The notes: a model not told the origin generated them from the letters alone. A stretch of DNA of 64,000 nucleotides from Azolla caroliniana (GCA_043228905.1 JBHGNT010000004.1:8680001-8744000), one strand, 5' to 3'; shown: positions 10,236 through 22,890, numbered from the stretch's first letter. Made by a program: numbers and translations.

Positions 10236-13200
10236 GCGTAAGATTAATTATATTAAGCATAGGACAGTAACCAAATAAACACTAACCAATACTTAAAACA
10301 ACATCGCTTCTATTAATTATCCATCCCTGATTACATTCTTGCCGGGTCCTCTTATAGGTCTCCAGTTGAGTTACAAACCGGTGCCAACCGGCAACCGGCA
10401 ACGATCCGGTCCGGATCCAAATCGGCATACCGATTCTGGGTCCGTCCACTCGCTTCTCAAAATAACATAATATTTATCTTCTCAAAATAACATAATATTT
10501 ATTAATAACAACTCCCTATCCTTAATTAAATACCCCTTTCACATTCAGGACTCTCAACGGCCCTTTGGTCTTGCCGGCCAACACATGGCACGCCCGTGGG
10601 ATAGTGCATTGTACGTCAAACCCAAGGTTAGCCCTTTTCAATCGTCCATCAAAATGTCCAGAATGCTTTGGTCCAAGGGTTCTAGAGGTTCTTCGGGTAG
10701 TTGCTCCGTTTGTTGTGCTACTTGTTGTTGTTGTTGCTCTCCGGCCTATTCCTCCTTTCTGGCTCCAGTCACTTCTGGGCTTCCGTCTCCGGCTCATCTA
10801 TTCTGGGCTCCTCCTCCTCCTGTCGTTCGGCTTGCACTGGCTCTTACGGTTTGGCTACCTTCGGCTTCTCCACTTGAGCTACATTTGACTGGCTCCCTTC
10901 GGTTTCGGCTACGTTCGGTGTCTACTCCGGAGATTGCTCTTCGTCACTAATGTTAATTGTCGCCATTCTACTAGCTGCCATTTGCCATCTTCTCTCCCGT
11001 TCATATTGCTCGAACTAGAGTTGGGTATCCAGCTGGTCGTCATCCAGCTATCCCACCAGTCGGCCCACCGCCACCAGTTGTTCTCCGGCCAAGGACAGGA
11101 AGTCATTTGATAACTCATCCCTTATGGTCACAACGCTTTCTGCATACAGTTTGTAGAAGTTATCACCGTCCTTCTGCCGGTTCTCCGCATCTAATCGTAG
11201 GACTTGTAACTCAGTTGCTTACTTTGCCTAATTGGACCACCATTATACTGAACTTTCTTCAACTAACCTCTTCGTCCGGTCCCTCTATGTCAGTACAATG
11301 TCTCGAATACGGGCCAACTCCCATCTTTGACTTATCCTCTATGGCCTGCTTTTCATCCTTTGATTGCTTTATGAGGATCGTGGTTGCCTCAGCTTGTCCC
11401 TGATACTACCTCATATGCATCTGATAAGTTGTCTAAACTCTGTTCAAAGCCATCTTTGCTCGTTCCATCTCCTCATGATGTTGCTAGGTAAGCTCTATTC
11501 TGTCCTTTGCCACTTTTGCCAACATCTTTGCCGCCTCGACTCCCTTGGTCCTTTCTTCTGCCAATGCCGCTACGATCCTGTTGACTTCATCCCGGAGATC
11601 CCGCATCTTCTCTTGTTGTCCGGACAGTGGCCGACAACAGCCGAGTGGTGGTCGAACAATGACAATTGCCCGAACAACGGTTGAGTGGCAGTGACGAATG
11701 GCCGAGACCACGGCCGAGAAGACAGCCAAACGTGTCACCTTCTACCATCAATTTCTTTTGTTTCACCTCTAGGTGCTTGTGATCCTGGTGCAACCTGTCA
11801 AAATCCTTCGTTTTCTATTTCAGCCGCTGATTGACTTGGCGTCGCGTCGGGCCCGGTTCTCACGGTCCTTCTTTTGCCGGAGTTCTTCTTGGAGCTAGTG
11901 GATCTCGACTTCCACCGAATGCCGGAGTTTGTCCTTATTATGCAATGTGGGATATCTCGTAGTTTTGTTTTTTCTCTTCTTCTTCGTAAACTTTATACCC
12001 ACATAGCTTGCCAGTTAGTTGTCCATTTCTTATGTGGTAAAGTGTATTCGAATGCTCTTGAAGACCTCCATCTTTTTGTACCAAGATATTAAACTAATCT
12101 AAAATAGTATATTTACTATCATTGTTTCATATCATGTGTGAAGAACCACACTCGATTTTGTATGTTCCTCGCAATTTTCACATTCTTGCCGAAAATGTTC
12201 ATGACACCGTGAGTGGCAGATTATAGACTGTGTCTTCATTGTGCAGTCTACCGTAGAATGGCCCGGGTTTAGACACATTATGAATTGCAACACCTAGTGA
12301 AACCTGAGATCCTCCTGATTTTGGAGGACCCTCTATAGGGCTCCCATCGTCATCAGGGAGCTATGTTTATCCATTTCCAGCACCCAATCGATGACTTGAT
12401 CCATTGTGCTTGCTTGGAAATCTAGTACCCCGCACATCGTTCAGAGGGGTTCCCGTAGAGCGGCCAGAAACACCGCTTTTGCCTCCTCTTCCGGAGGTGC
12501 CCTTGTTAACTGGCTATGTAGTGTTTGAAATCAGATGATAAATTAGGGCACTGTCTCCTGCTCCTCTTGGTGGGTTGTGTAAAATTGACGGACTAGTTTG
12601 TGTTGTTCCACTTGCCTATGGAATAGTCTGAGGAATTTTATTTTCAAGGCCTCAAATATAGCAAAGCTTCCGGGTAGGTGCTTTGCGTGCTAGAGGGCCA
12701 TCGGTCCCTCTAATGTCCTACCGAATTCGGCAATTTTTGACCCTTCGGCTTCCGGTTCGGTCAGCCTTTGGGACACATGATTCGATTCCCATGTTTGTAG
12801 GAACACATAGACGTGCGCCTCCACATCTGGGTCATCCCGGTACTTTGGATACGGGTACGACATGGTGTAGTCTTCGGGGGAGGTTGTACCGGAGATGTGT
12901 GGTTTAGTTCTTGCTCTGCGGGTGGTGTTGGTGAGCGGTTTTTTGCTTCCTCCACGGGTGGTGTTGGCACGCGGTTTTCCACTTTCTCCCCGAGTGGTGT
13001 TGATGAGCCGTCTGATTCGTCGTCCTCCGGATCATGCGGAGTATCGTGCCTGCTTTTGTAATTCGATTAAATGCTTTATTCACTATTTGATTCCGACTCT
13101 AAGGTCGAGAATGCCTTTGAGTCTCCGTTGCCTCTGGCAAGCGTCTGCAGTCCCACTTCTACCTCTTGCAGGCTCGTCAGACTACTGCCCTCGGCGGAAA

Positions 13201-13896
13201 GTTGTTGTTTTTGGAACTGAAGTGCTTCTTCCGCGCCCCTCTGAAGCACTCTGGGAAAAGACCGATCATGTCGGATCTCCTCAGCCGCTTGCTAAAAGTC
13301 TTCCCGCCTTTGTTGTCTTTCGGGAAAGTCTTCTTCCTCGTTCGGTGACTTGGTCGTTAGTCGGTCAAGACATCCATCCACCGATGTTCTCTGCTCACTA
13401 CAAGAATCATGGTCGCCAAAAACTGTGTTATCTTTTAGGCTGGACAAGTCCTAACATAGGGTGTCCCTATGGAACACTTCACGAAAGGGTGGTACGGTGA
13501 GATATGGATGGACCATAGTATCAAATGGGTCTTAACCGGTTACTAACCAGCACTGTTAATGATCGTAACACATGCGTAAGATTAATTATATTAAGCACAA
13601 GACGATAACCAAATAGACACTAGCCAATACTTAAAACAACACGACTTCTATTAATTATCTGTCCCTGATTACATTCTTGTTGGGTCCTTTTATAAGTCTC
13701 CGACTGAGTTACAAACCGGTGCCAACCGGCAATCGGCAACGATCTGGTCCGGATCCGAATCGGCATACCTAATCTGAGTCTGTCCGCTCGCTTCTCAAAA
13801 TAACATAATATTCATTAATAACAACTTTGTATGCTTAATTAAACACCCCTTTCACATTTTGGACTCTAACCGGCCCTTTGGTCTTGCCGGCCAACA
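10236..13896 (-). mobile_element. Non-autonomous gag-only LTR element (LTRs 10236-10583 truncated, and 13554-13896)
   Basis: Direct repeats of ~340 bp. Degenerate minus-strand gag at ~12180-12870 (PKYRDDPDVEAHVYVF..., FEALKIKFLRLF..., FLAALREPL, Cys/His knuckles). No pol detected. Confidence 0.8.
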
Positions 13897-14218
13897 TTAC
13901 CCGTAAGAATATACAGGGAGCCATAAGGGTATGTGTAATGATGTGGTTGATGTGTATGTGTAAAGTAAATGAGTCTGTGAGGATGAGTATGTGTATGGAC
14001 ACATGCACAACTATGTGCATGTGTACAAGAATGCGTAACGGTCTTATTTATAATGGTCATGTAACCGTTACATTGGATGTGTTATACAAACCGCATATGG
14101 GGTATGTAATTGTTAAGAATTAGCTAAGTAATTAAGCAAGGATTAATTAGTACCTAATTATGAGATTAGTTGATAAGCGGAAGATTAAGTGATATGTGTG
14201 TGTATGTGTGTGAGAGGA

Positions 14219-14249
<31 letters not shown>

Positions 14250-14785
14250 AAGTTAACACTTATGAGCAACACCACATGGGGGATGATTAACTCTATATTA
14301 AATTAGCATTATCATCATCAAAAACAAAAATACCCACAATGAGGTATATATACATCTCATGTGCAAATGTGCACATGTGTGAGTAGAATATAGGTACAAA
14401 CTTGTAAGTCCTATATTAAATGTACTTGGGAGTGGAGGGTCTAGAATATTGCAATGAAGTACAAGGTCCTATTTAAGGCGTTATAGTCAACACTTCTAAC
14501 TAGATTCTATCTAGGTAACTACGAAGTTACTATTGGGAAATCGGACTCTCTGGATGGGATCTGGTGATGAATAAAGAGAGTCGGTGAGAACCGGAAGAGA
14601 AGATAGATTTGTAAATATGCCTTGAATAAGCCCATTGAAGCTATATTTGTAAATAGCCCTAAGTTCATATAACTATAAATATGACTTAGGGCAATCACTT
14701 TAGTTATGGGTGTGTGATTGTGTTATTGTCATATTGTTGTAACTGTTGTACAAAGAGTGAGTGAGAGAGAGAGATACAGAGCGAT

Positions 14786-14909
14786 ACTCTGTTGTAACCG
14801 CCACTGTGCAAAGAAACAGAGCTCAAGATCGTTGCCTCCCAGTCTCTGCATGTTCGGAGGCAACGACCTTGAGCTTTGTTTCTTTGCACAGTGGCGGTTA
14901 CAACAGAGT
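14786..14909. repeat. 54-bp-arm inverted repeat inside the copia C LTR
   Basis: 14786-14839 pairs with 14856-14909, 2 mismatches. Confidence 0.9.
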
Positions 14910-16778
14910 TCGGAGTCTATGGGCTCGTGTGGTTTTTTCCCTATTAGGGTTTTCCACGTAAACATCCTGTGCCATTTTCTTGTGGACTCACCACTTCCCA
15001 TTTTTGTGTTTGATTATTATAGAAGTGATTTACTACTCGGTTGTCGCCGAGCGATATTCCGTGCATTTCTCTTCGAACTGGTATCAAAGAAAACAACACA
15101 GAAAATGGAAGAATCTTACGGCGGCATGTTCAAGCTCACCGGCTCCAACTACTCTGTGTGGAAGTCGAAGATGAGGGACATGCTAGTGGTTAAAGATCTT
15201 TGGTTGTTGGTTCAATTCGGGAACAAGCGACCGAATAAGATGCACATGAAGATGACGGCATACATCCGGTGCTTCATCGACATGAGCTTATACAACAACT
15301 TCAAAGAAGAGAGCAAGGCCCATGAACTCAAGGAGAAGATTGGCATCATGTTCTAAAACAAGAATGTCGTTAATCGGGTTTTGGTATTTCGGAAGCTAGT
15401 GAGGCTCCGGTACCAAGACAACTCCAGTATGGCGGAGCACATGAATGCCTTCCAGGGGCTGATACACCAAGCAACATTATTGGAAATACCTCTCACCGAT
15501 AAGGTACTTTCTCTACTCCTGCTTGGTTCCCTCCCAGATAGCTGGGAGACGTTAGTTGTCACGTCGTGCAACGCCGGGCCGGAAGGAAAACAACTATCCT
15601 TAGCAAGAGTCAAGTCGAGCTTGCTAGATCAAGAGGCGCGTCGGAAAGACAAGGAGGTGATCTCCGACGCCAAAGCCCTCCTTACCGAATCGGAACGCGG
15701 AAGACAAAGGAATCGGAGTCCCCAAAACCGGGAAAAGTCGGGGACACGGTCAAAGTCAAGGGGGAGGCCCACTTGCTTCTATTGCGGCAAGCCAGGGCAC
15801 TTCCAGAAGTCTAACTGTCGGCATTTCCGGAAAGACAAGGGAACCAATAGTACCGATTCGAAGAAGTCACCGGACCAAAACGGTTTGGATCGGCGAGGGC
15901 CGGACCGGAAGGGAATGACGGCGATCGCGGCAAGTGAAGAAAAACTATTGCTCATCACCGAGGAGAGTGAGTTGAACCTTGCCATCGACGAGACAATGTG
16001 GGTTGTTGATTCCGGAGTGTCGTTCCACCTTACCCAAGATCAGAAATGCTTCTCATCCTACATAGTCGGTGAGCACAGCTGTGTCTGGATGGAGAATGAA
16101 GGGACATGCCGAATTATCGGCATAGGATATGTGCTATTGACGAGATCAACCGGATGCAAGTTGTTGCTGAAGGATGTCTGACACGTTCCGGAGGTTTGAT
16201 TGAACCTGATATCAGCCGGTCGGCTCGATGATGAAGGCTACACAAGTAGCATCCGGAACGGTGTCATGAAGTTTAGCAAAGGGAGCTTAATAGTGGCTCG
16301 AGCCCGGAAGGTCAACACACTTTACTTAATGAATGCCCGGATATGCTGGGAAGAAGTGAATGTAGCATCCGACACTGCCAGTGAGCTATGGCACAGAAGA
16401 CTGTGTCACATGAGTGAGAAGGGGATGAAGAGGCTTGTCGAAGACAACCTCATCCCGGTGAAGGACGTGCAACTTGAGAAGTGCACCAACTGCCTGGCCA
16501 GCATGCAAAACCGCACCTCCTTCCAGTCAAGACCACCGATGAGACGGAATGCACCACTAGAGTTGGTGCATACCGATATGTTTCAAGTAGACATGAAGTC
16601 ACATGCTGGATCACAGTACTTCGTGACGTTCATAGATGACCATAGCCGGAAGTTGTGGGTCTTATCATTGAAGATGAAGGATCAAGTGTTATCCATCTTC
16701 AAGGACCTCCACGCGAGAGTGGAAAGAGAAACCGGCCGGAAGCTAAAAGTGGTTCGAGCAGATAACGGAGGAGAATAT

Positions 16779-16863
16779 TGTTGGAAGCAATGTCGTCTGT
16801 GCGGAAGATCTTGAAGCACTCGATTCCTGTTTATTCCCTGTGTATGACAGAATGTAGGTCGTT

Positions 16864-16901
<38 letters not shown>

Positions 16902-19900
16902 AAAAGAGTTTCTTATTTCATAAAGCAACAATACAACAACCAACCCCACAAAGAGGTTACAAGGTCACTATATATAGTGACTGACTTAGGGCAACTACCC
17001 TTTATGCTAATTACAGAAATGGCCAAAACGGGATAATGTGAATACGTCCATTATACACATGTATTCGACACTCCCCCGTAATGGGCGTATACATGGGTTA
17101 TCTGAGATTACAGGTATAAACTTAGGTTCTCGGACATATCAGCTTTGTTTGAGTCGGCAGGGTCCGAAGGCAGAAGACCGAACTGGTCGGGTCGGAACAG
17201 TCGAAGCCGATCATTAAGGAACTGATGTCGGTTGTCGGGAACCATTCTGCTCTGTGTCCGGCTCTAACCGGACTGGTTTGTCGTTACGCCCATCTGATGC
17301 CGAAGAGACCGAAAACGGTCTGCCGAAAGACATTTGGTCATTCCATCTGCGACATTGTCGGTTGTGGATATTTTCTCTAGACCGATTTTCCCTGAGATGA
17401 CGCAGTCCCGAACGAAGTGATATCGAACGTCGATATGTTTGGAGGCGTTGTGGTGAACCGGATTTTTCGACAAGGCAACAGCACCTTGACTGTCGCTGTA
17501 GACAACTGGAGCCGAGTCATGGTCGACTTGTCGAAACGTGTGCGCCAGCCGACCGAGCCACAAAGCTTCTTTTGCTGCGTCGGACGCAGCTACATATTCT
17601 GCTTCGGTCGTTGAGGTTGCTGTGCACTCTTGAAGTTTCGACTTCCACGAGATTGCTCCATTGCCGAATTTGAAGCAGTATCCGGTTGTTGATTTCCGAC
17701 TGTCTATACAGCCGGCGAAGTCCGAGTCGGTGTAACCGACTACGCCTGAGGTTCGGTTCGGACCGAAAAGAATGCCGTGATCTTTTGTGCCAGCCAGATA
17801 TCTGAACACATGCTTGACTGCGTTCCAATGCGATCGGCCAGGATTGTGCATAAATCTGCTAACGACTCCTACGGCATGAGAGATGTCAGGCCGTGTCGCG
17901 ACCATCAGGTACATAAGGGAGCCGACTGCCGGTGCATACGGTACCGACTTCATATCTTCCCCCTCCGAACCGGATGTCGGGCAGTCTCGCTGAGAGAGCC
18001 GAAGATTCATAGGGAGTGGGGTTGAAGCAGATTTGGCTGATTGCATGTTGAAGCGTTCCAAGACACGTCCGATATAGTCGGTCTGAGACAAAAAAAGATG
18101 TCGTTTATCGCGATGCCGACTAATCTTCATGCCAAGGATGTGTCGTGCCGGACCGAGGTCCTTCATGGCAAACTTCAACCGCAGTTGCCGAATGAGATCG
18201 GTGAGTTCGCCCGCGTGGCGTCCAGAGATTAGCATGTCGTCCACGTAGATGATGAGGAAGATGGGTGATCCATCTTGAGCTGTGTTGGTGAAGAGACAAT
18301 GGTCCTCACCGCTTTTGGAGAAGCCGATCGATTGGATGAAGTCGTCGAACTTCTTGTACCATTGTCGTGGTGCCTGTTTGAGGCCGTATAGACTCTTCCT
18401 GAGTCGGCAGACTAGATGTTCTTGGCCGGTGGCCACGAAGCCTTTCGGCTGCTCCATATAAATTTCCTCGTCAAGATCACCATGGAGGAATGCTGTTTTG
18501 ACATCTAGCTGAATCAGCTCCAAGTTGTCGGCTGCCACTACGCCGAGTAGGAAACGAAGGGTTGTCATTTTCACCACTGGTGAAAAAATCTCGTCGAAGT
18601 CGACGCCGTATTCTTGTCGGAAGCCCTTCGCAACCAATCTGGCCTTGTACTTTGGGGTGGTCGAATCAGACGTCTCTTTTAGTCGATAGACCCACTTGCA
18701 AGGAAGAGCACGTCGGTTCCTCGGTAATTCGACCAAATCCCAAGTCTTGTTTGCCCGAATGGAGTGCATTTCCGACTCCATCGCCAGATGCCAGGTGGCT
18801 GAATCGACAGATGTCGATGCTTCTTCGTAAGACGTCGGTTCGCCGGCGTCGGTGAAGAAAATTCCAGGAGAATATCTCTCCGGAGGTTGCGACAGTCTCT
18901 CGGATCGTCGAAGTAGGATTGGACTGGTCGCATCGGGTATCGAGGTCGGATGGTCCGAAACCGAATCATTCGGCTGTGCCGAGTCAGAGTTGTCTGAGTC
19001 GGTAGTGTAAGGTTCAGCTACCCGTGAAGCTGACCGTGTGTTGAGAGCGGGGCCTTCTTGAAGGGTCGGCACATCGGAAAATGTTACCCTTCGGACTTCG
19101 ATCGGTTTTTCGACAGATGGATTCATAGCCGACTCGTTGAACACAACGTCCGAACTTCGAACGATTTGTCTGCGTTCGGGGTCCCAGAGTCGGTATCCCA
19201 TTTCGCCGTCGGATCCATATCCAAGGAAAATGCATTTCCTGGACCGAGGTGCAAGTTTGCGGCGATCATCTTTCGGAATAAGGGCATACGCCTCGCATCC
19301 GAAGATCCTCAGCTTGTCGTAATTCGGCTTTCTGCCGATCCATAGTTCCTGAGGAATTTGAAGTCCTAGAGGTCTACTTGGCGACATATTGATTATGTGT
19401 ACTGCCGTGAGTAGAGCCTCTGCCCAGAAGCCATCCGACAGTCCGGAGTGTTGGAGCATGGAAACTATCCGTTCTTGGATTGTCCGATTCATTCGCTCTG
19501 CAATCCCGTTTTGCTCCGGACTGTGTGGTGCCGTAAATTCACGTCGGATGCCGCGTTGTCGGCAGAATTTGACGAATTCATCGGATTTGAACTCTCCCCC
19601 ATTGTCTGTCCGAAGGCATTTCAGCTTTCGGTCGGTTTGATTTTCTACCATAGCGAGCCAATCTGAGAAGATCGAGAAGACACGATCTTTGGTGCGAATC
19701 GGATAAGCCCACACCTTTCGAGTCGAATCGTCAATAAAACTGACGAAGTAAGATGCACCGCCTAGAGACTGATGCGGCATTGGGCCACAGACGTCCGAAT
19801 GGACTAAGTCGAGAGGTCTCGTTTCTCTTGGTGCTGATGTCGGGTGTGATGCGGCTGCTTGTTTGCCATACTGGCAGTGCTCGCAAAATTGATGGTCCGA

Positions 19901-21938
19901 GAAGGAGAGTTTGGGGATGTATCCGGCTCTGGATAGGTGCGTGATGCCGGCCTTGCTGAGGTGTCCTAATCTTCGGTGCCATAGTGATGACACAGGAATA
20001 TCCACCAAAAACAGGTTACCCTCTCTGAGCGTAACATGTAGCGGATACAATGAGTGTATCTTAGGTCCTCTAGCAAGCAGGAGGTTCCCCCTGTGGAGTG
20101 TCCACCCTCCCGAAGAAAAGCCGGCACGAATGCCGTCTTCATCCAGTTGTCCGACTGAGATCAATGGCCTTGAGAGCTCGGGTACATGTCGGACATTGTG
20201 GAGTACAAGTGTAGAGCCACCTGCAAGGTTGAGCTCTACTGTGCCGATTCCGATGATGTCACAGTGTTGTGAGTTGCCGACCCGAACTGAGTCGGAGTGA
20301 CGGATCGTATATTGCCGAAATTGGGACCGATGAGGAGTCACATGAAATGACGCACCCGAATCTAAGAGCCATGTGCTTGACTCTTCAGTCGTGAGTAGAA
20401 CTTCTGATCCGACTGGATTTTCGATTGATAGTATATTCGGGTCGTCTGGTAGCACATCAGCTGAGAAGCTGACGTAGTTGACCTCCTCATGCCGGCCACT
20501 CTTCTTGTTGTTCTTGTTCTTGAGTGCGCGGCAGTCGGCCTTGATGTGTCCGGGTTTCTTGCAATAGTTGCAGATTCGGTTATCCCGTGACTGGCTCCGT
20601 CTTCGCTGATTGTTCGGCGGCCGTGAGGAATCTCTTCCTCGTATGTTCGATCGGTCTGTCGAACCTTGTACTACGTAAGCGTCGTCTGTTGAGTCTTTGG
20701 CGAAAGACTTTCTCCGAGCTGCTTCAGTCAGGATTGCGCTCGTGACTTCGGAGTATTTAACAGCCGTGGTTGACGCGTTGCACACAGTTGTGACGAAAGT
20801 TTCCCATGATGAGGGAAGGCTGCTCATGAGTATCATTGCTCTGAGCTCATCCTCGATTGCCGTCCCCTGTGACGAGATTTGGGAGCTTATGCTTTCGTAC
20901 TCATTGAGGTGTGCTTGAACCGAATCGGATTCTTTCATCCGCAAGTTGTAGAGGCGCCGGATCAGAAACATCTTTGTTGCGGCGACCTTCTTTTCGTAAG
21001 TGTCCGACAGTGTTTTCCACAGTTCGAATGCTGTCGTACACGATTGCACCGTAAAGTATACCGATTCCGATAGGTGCATCCGAATCGTGGCGCGGACGAT
21101 TCTGTCCAGCTTCTGCCACTCAATTGGTTTGTATCCTTCTGGAGGTTCTTCATTTTCGATGGGATCGATCTGCCCCTTGACTATGAGATAGTCCTGCATT
21201 TGTTCCTTCCAGAAGTTGAAGTTCGATCCATCGAACTTTCGTAGACTCATTTCTGACGAGCCGGATGTTGATGCCATCAAATTCGGTTTCAGTTGACGAA
21301 GCTCGGTTCGGAGTTGACTACGAACCTTGTTGGAGTGCAGCCGGTTGGCTCACCCGATATCGTTCTAGTCGGATTTGAACCCGAGTCGGTTCGGCTTCGG
21401 AACTTGCTCGAATTGACTCCGGTAACTTGAGGGACAGAACCGACTGGTCTTCCCGAATGTTGCCGAGTCGGAGTGAGCCCGGTTCGTTTCGGATATATAT
21501 GCCGAATACCAATTATTAAAACCGATTATCTGAACCGATTTTGCTTCGGTTGACTGCAGCGACGAGAGAGACGGATCCGACTGATCCTCCCGAATGTCGA
21601 TCAGCCAGATGAAGCATGAATTTGGGTTGTTGTCAGGGTTGCACAAGGGGATTTCACCTCGAGCGGTTACGATCACGGGGAGCGGAGTACAACCTGCTGG
21701 CTTACTCCAAACAAAGATGATCTAACGCGATGAGATGCAAACCTGGTTTTTCTTCTTCTTCTCTCTTCTTCGAATGACGCAGGGAACCGAATGCAGAGAC
21801 GACGGCCGACAGCGGATTGAAGAACCGACTACTGTGCAGGCTCTGATACCAGATGTTGGAAGCAATGTCGTCTGTGCGGAAGATCTTGAAGCACTCGATT
21901 CCTGTTTATTCCCTGTGTATGACAGAATGTAGGTCGTT

Positions 21939-21974
<36 letters not shown>

Positions 21975-22143
21975 AAAAGAGTTTCTTATTTCATAAAGCA
22001 ACAATACAACAACCAACCCCACAAAGAGGTTACAAGGTCACTATATATAGTGACTGACTTAGGGCAACTACCCTTTATGCTAATTACAGAAATGGCCAAA
22101 ACGGGATAATGTGAATACGTCCATTATACACATGTATTCGACA
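16779..22143 (-). mobile_element. Intact, very young Ty1/copia copy D
   Basis: LTRs 16779-17070 and 21854-22143 are identical by eye except one GA unit. Perfect TSD AATAT. PBS (iMet) at 21840-21851. PPT at 17071-17077. Single 1338-aa ORF. Confidence 0.98.
17264..21280 (-). CDS. copia Gag-Pol polyprotein (Gag, ZnK, PR, GAG-pre-integrase, IN, RT, RNase H)
   Basis: Uninterrupted ORF with CNYCKKPGHIKADC, WLLDSGAS, LVHSDVCGP, LRTDNGGEF, YKARLVAKGF, YVDDML, TDSDFAG, ADGMTK. Confidence 0.97.
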   Translation of the reverse strand: MMASTSGSSEMSLRKFDGSNFNFWKEQMQDYLIVKGQIDPIENEEPPEGYKPIEWQKLDRIVRATIRMHLSESVYFTVQSCTTAFELWKTLSDTYEKKVAATKMFLIRRLYNLRMKESDSVQAHLNEYESISSQISSQGTAIEDELRAMILMSSLPSSWETFVTTVCNASTTAVKYSEVTSAILTEAARRKSFAKDSTDDAYVVQGSTDRSNIRGRDSSRPPNNQRRRSQSRDNRICNYCKKPGHIKADCRALKNKNNKKSGRHEEVNYVSFSADVLPDDPNILSIENPVGSEVLLTTEESSTWLLDSGASFHVTPHRSQFRQYTIRHSDSVRVGNSQHCDIIGIGTVELNLAGGSTLVLHNVRHVPELSRPLISVGQLDEDGIRAGFSSGGWTLHRGNLLLARGPKIHSLYPLHVTLREGNLFLVDIPVSSLWHRRLGHLSKAGITHLSRAGYIPKLSFSDHQFCEHCQYGKQAAASHPTSAPRETRPLDLVHSDVCGPMPHQSLGGASYFVSFIDDSTRKVWAYPIRTKDRVFSIFSDWLAMVENQTDRKLKCLRTDNGGEFKSDEFVKFCRQRGIRREFTAPHSPEQNGIAERMNRTIQERIVSMLQHSGLSDGFWAEALLTAVHIINMSPSRPLGLQIPQELWIGRKPNYDKLRIFGCEAYALIPKDDRRKLAPRSRKCIFLGYGSDGEMGYRLWDPERRQIVRSSDVVFNESAMNPSVEKPIEVRRVTFSDVPTLQEGPALNTRSASRVAEPYTTDSDNSDSAQPNDSVSDHPTSIPDATSPILLRRSERLSQPPERYSPGIFFTDAGEPTSYEEASTSVDSATWHLAMESEMHSIRANKTWDLVELPRNRRALPCKWVYRLKETSDSTTPKYKARLVAKGFRQEYGVDFDEIFSPVVKMTTLRFLLGVVAADNLELIQLDVKTAFLHGDLDEEIYMEQPKGFVATGQEHLVCRLRKSLYGLKQAPRQWYKKFDDFIQSIGFSKSGEDHCLFTNTAQDGSPIFLIIYVDDMLISGRHAGELTDLIRQLRLKFAMKDLGPARHILGMKISRHRDKRHLFLSQTDYIGRVLERFNMQSAKSASTPLPMNLRLSQRDCPTSGSEGEDMKSVPYAPAVGSLMYLMVATRPDISHAVGVVSRFMHNPGRSHWNAVKHVFRYLAGTKDHGILFGPNRTSGVVGYTDSDFAGCIDSRKSTTGYCFKFGNGAISWKSKLQECTATSTTEAEYVAASDAAKEALWLGRLAHTFRQVDHDSAPVVYSDSQGAVALSKNPVHHNASKHIDVRYHFVRDCVISGKIGLEKISTTDNVADGMTKCLSADRFRSLRHQMGVTTNQSG

Positions 22144-22743
22144 AATATTAGGGGCAGTTCGAGGAGTACTGTCGGTCGAAGGGAATCCGGCTCGAATTCA
22201 CCGTGCCGAAGACGCCTGAACTAAACAGGTTGGCCAAAAGGATGAACCGGACCATAATGGAGAGAGTCTAGAGCATGCTCGCACATGCCAAGCTACCCAA
22301 GACGTGTTGGGCTGAGGCGCTGACGACGGCGACCTATGTGATAAACAGATCACCCTCAGTACCCTTGGATGGAGACTCACAGCAGAAAGTATGGACCGGT
22401 AAGGATGTGTCTTACCGGCATCTGAAGGTGTTTGGGTGTCTCGCATACGTGCATGTGGCGAAGGACAAGAGAGAAATACTAGATCCGTAGTCCCGACCAT
22501 GCATATTCCTTGGATACGGCAATGATGAGTTCAGTTACCGGGTGTGGGATCTGGTCGACAGAAAGGTGTTCTGGAGTCGAGACATAGTCTTCATGGAAGC
22601 CAGGACCATTGCCGACTGGGAGTCGGAGAAGAAGGTAACAAACTCCAGATCATGCATTGAAAACCGGCTTGAGGAAAAAAGGATATACCCGGTTGAAAAC
22701 CCGATGTTAGTCGGTAACCAGATGACACTCGACGAACCGGCCG

Positions 22744-22862
22744 AATACAGACAGGAAACCGAACCGACCGAAGAAGAAGAAGACACCGGAACCGGACAAA
22801 ATCCTGAATCGGATGAGGATGACGAACAAATGGAGGAACCGGTAGTCAGAAACCATGGACGG
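22744..22862 (+). repeat. Left copy of the 117-119 bp target-site duplication of the Penelope-like insertion
   Basis: Identical to 26139-26257. The terminal GG is shared with the telomeric tract. Confidence 0.95.
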
Positions 22863-22887
22863 GTTTAGGGTTTAGGGTTTAGGGTTT
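22861..22887 (+). repeat. Interstitial plant telomeric repeat (TTTAGGG), ~4 units
   Basis: GGGTTTAGGGTTTAGGGTTTAGGGTTT exactly at the insertion junction. Confidence 0.95.
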
Positions 22888-22890
22888 GAA

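Noticed and set aside
13897-14530. AT-rich segment with (GT)n/(GA)n, possibly another LTR fragment
   Set aside because: No termini, partner copy or TSD could be identified in the window.
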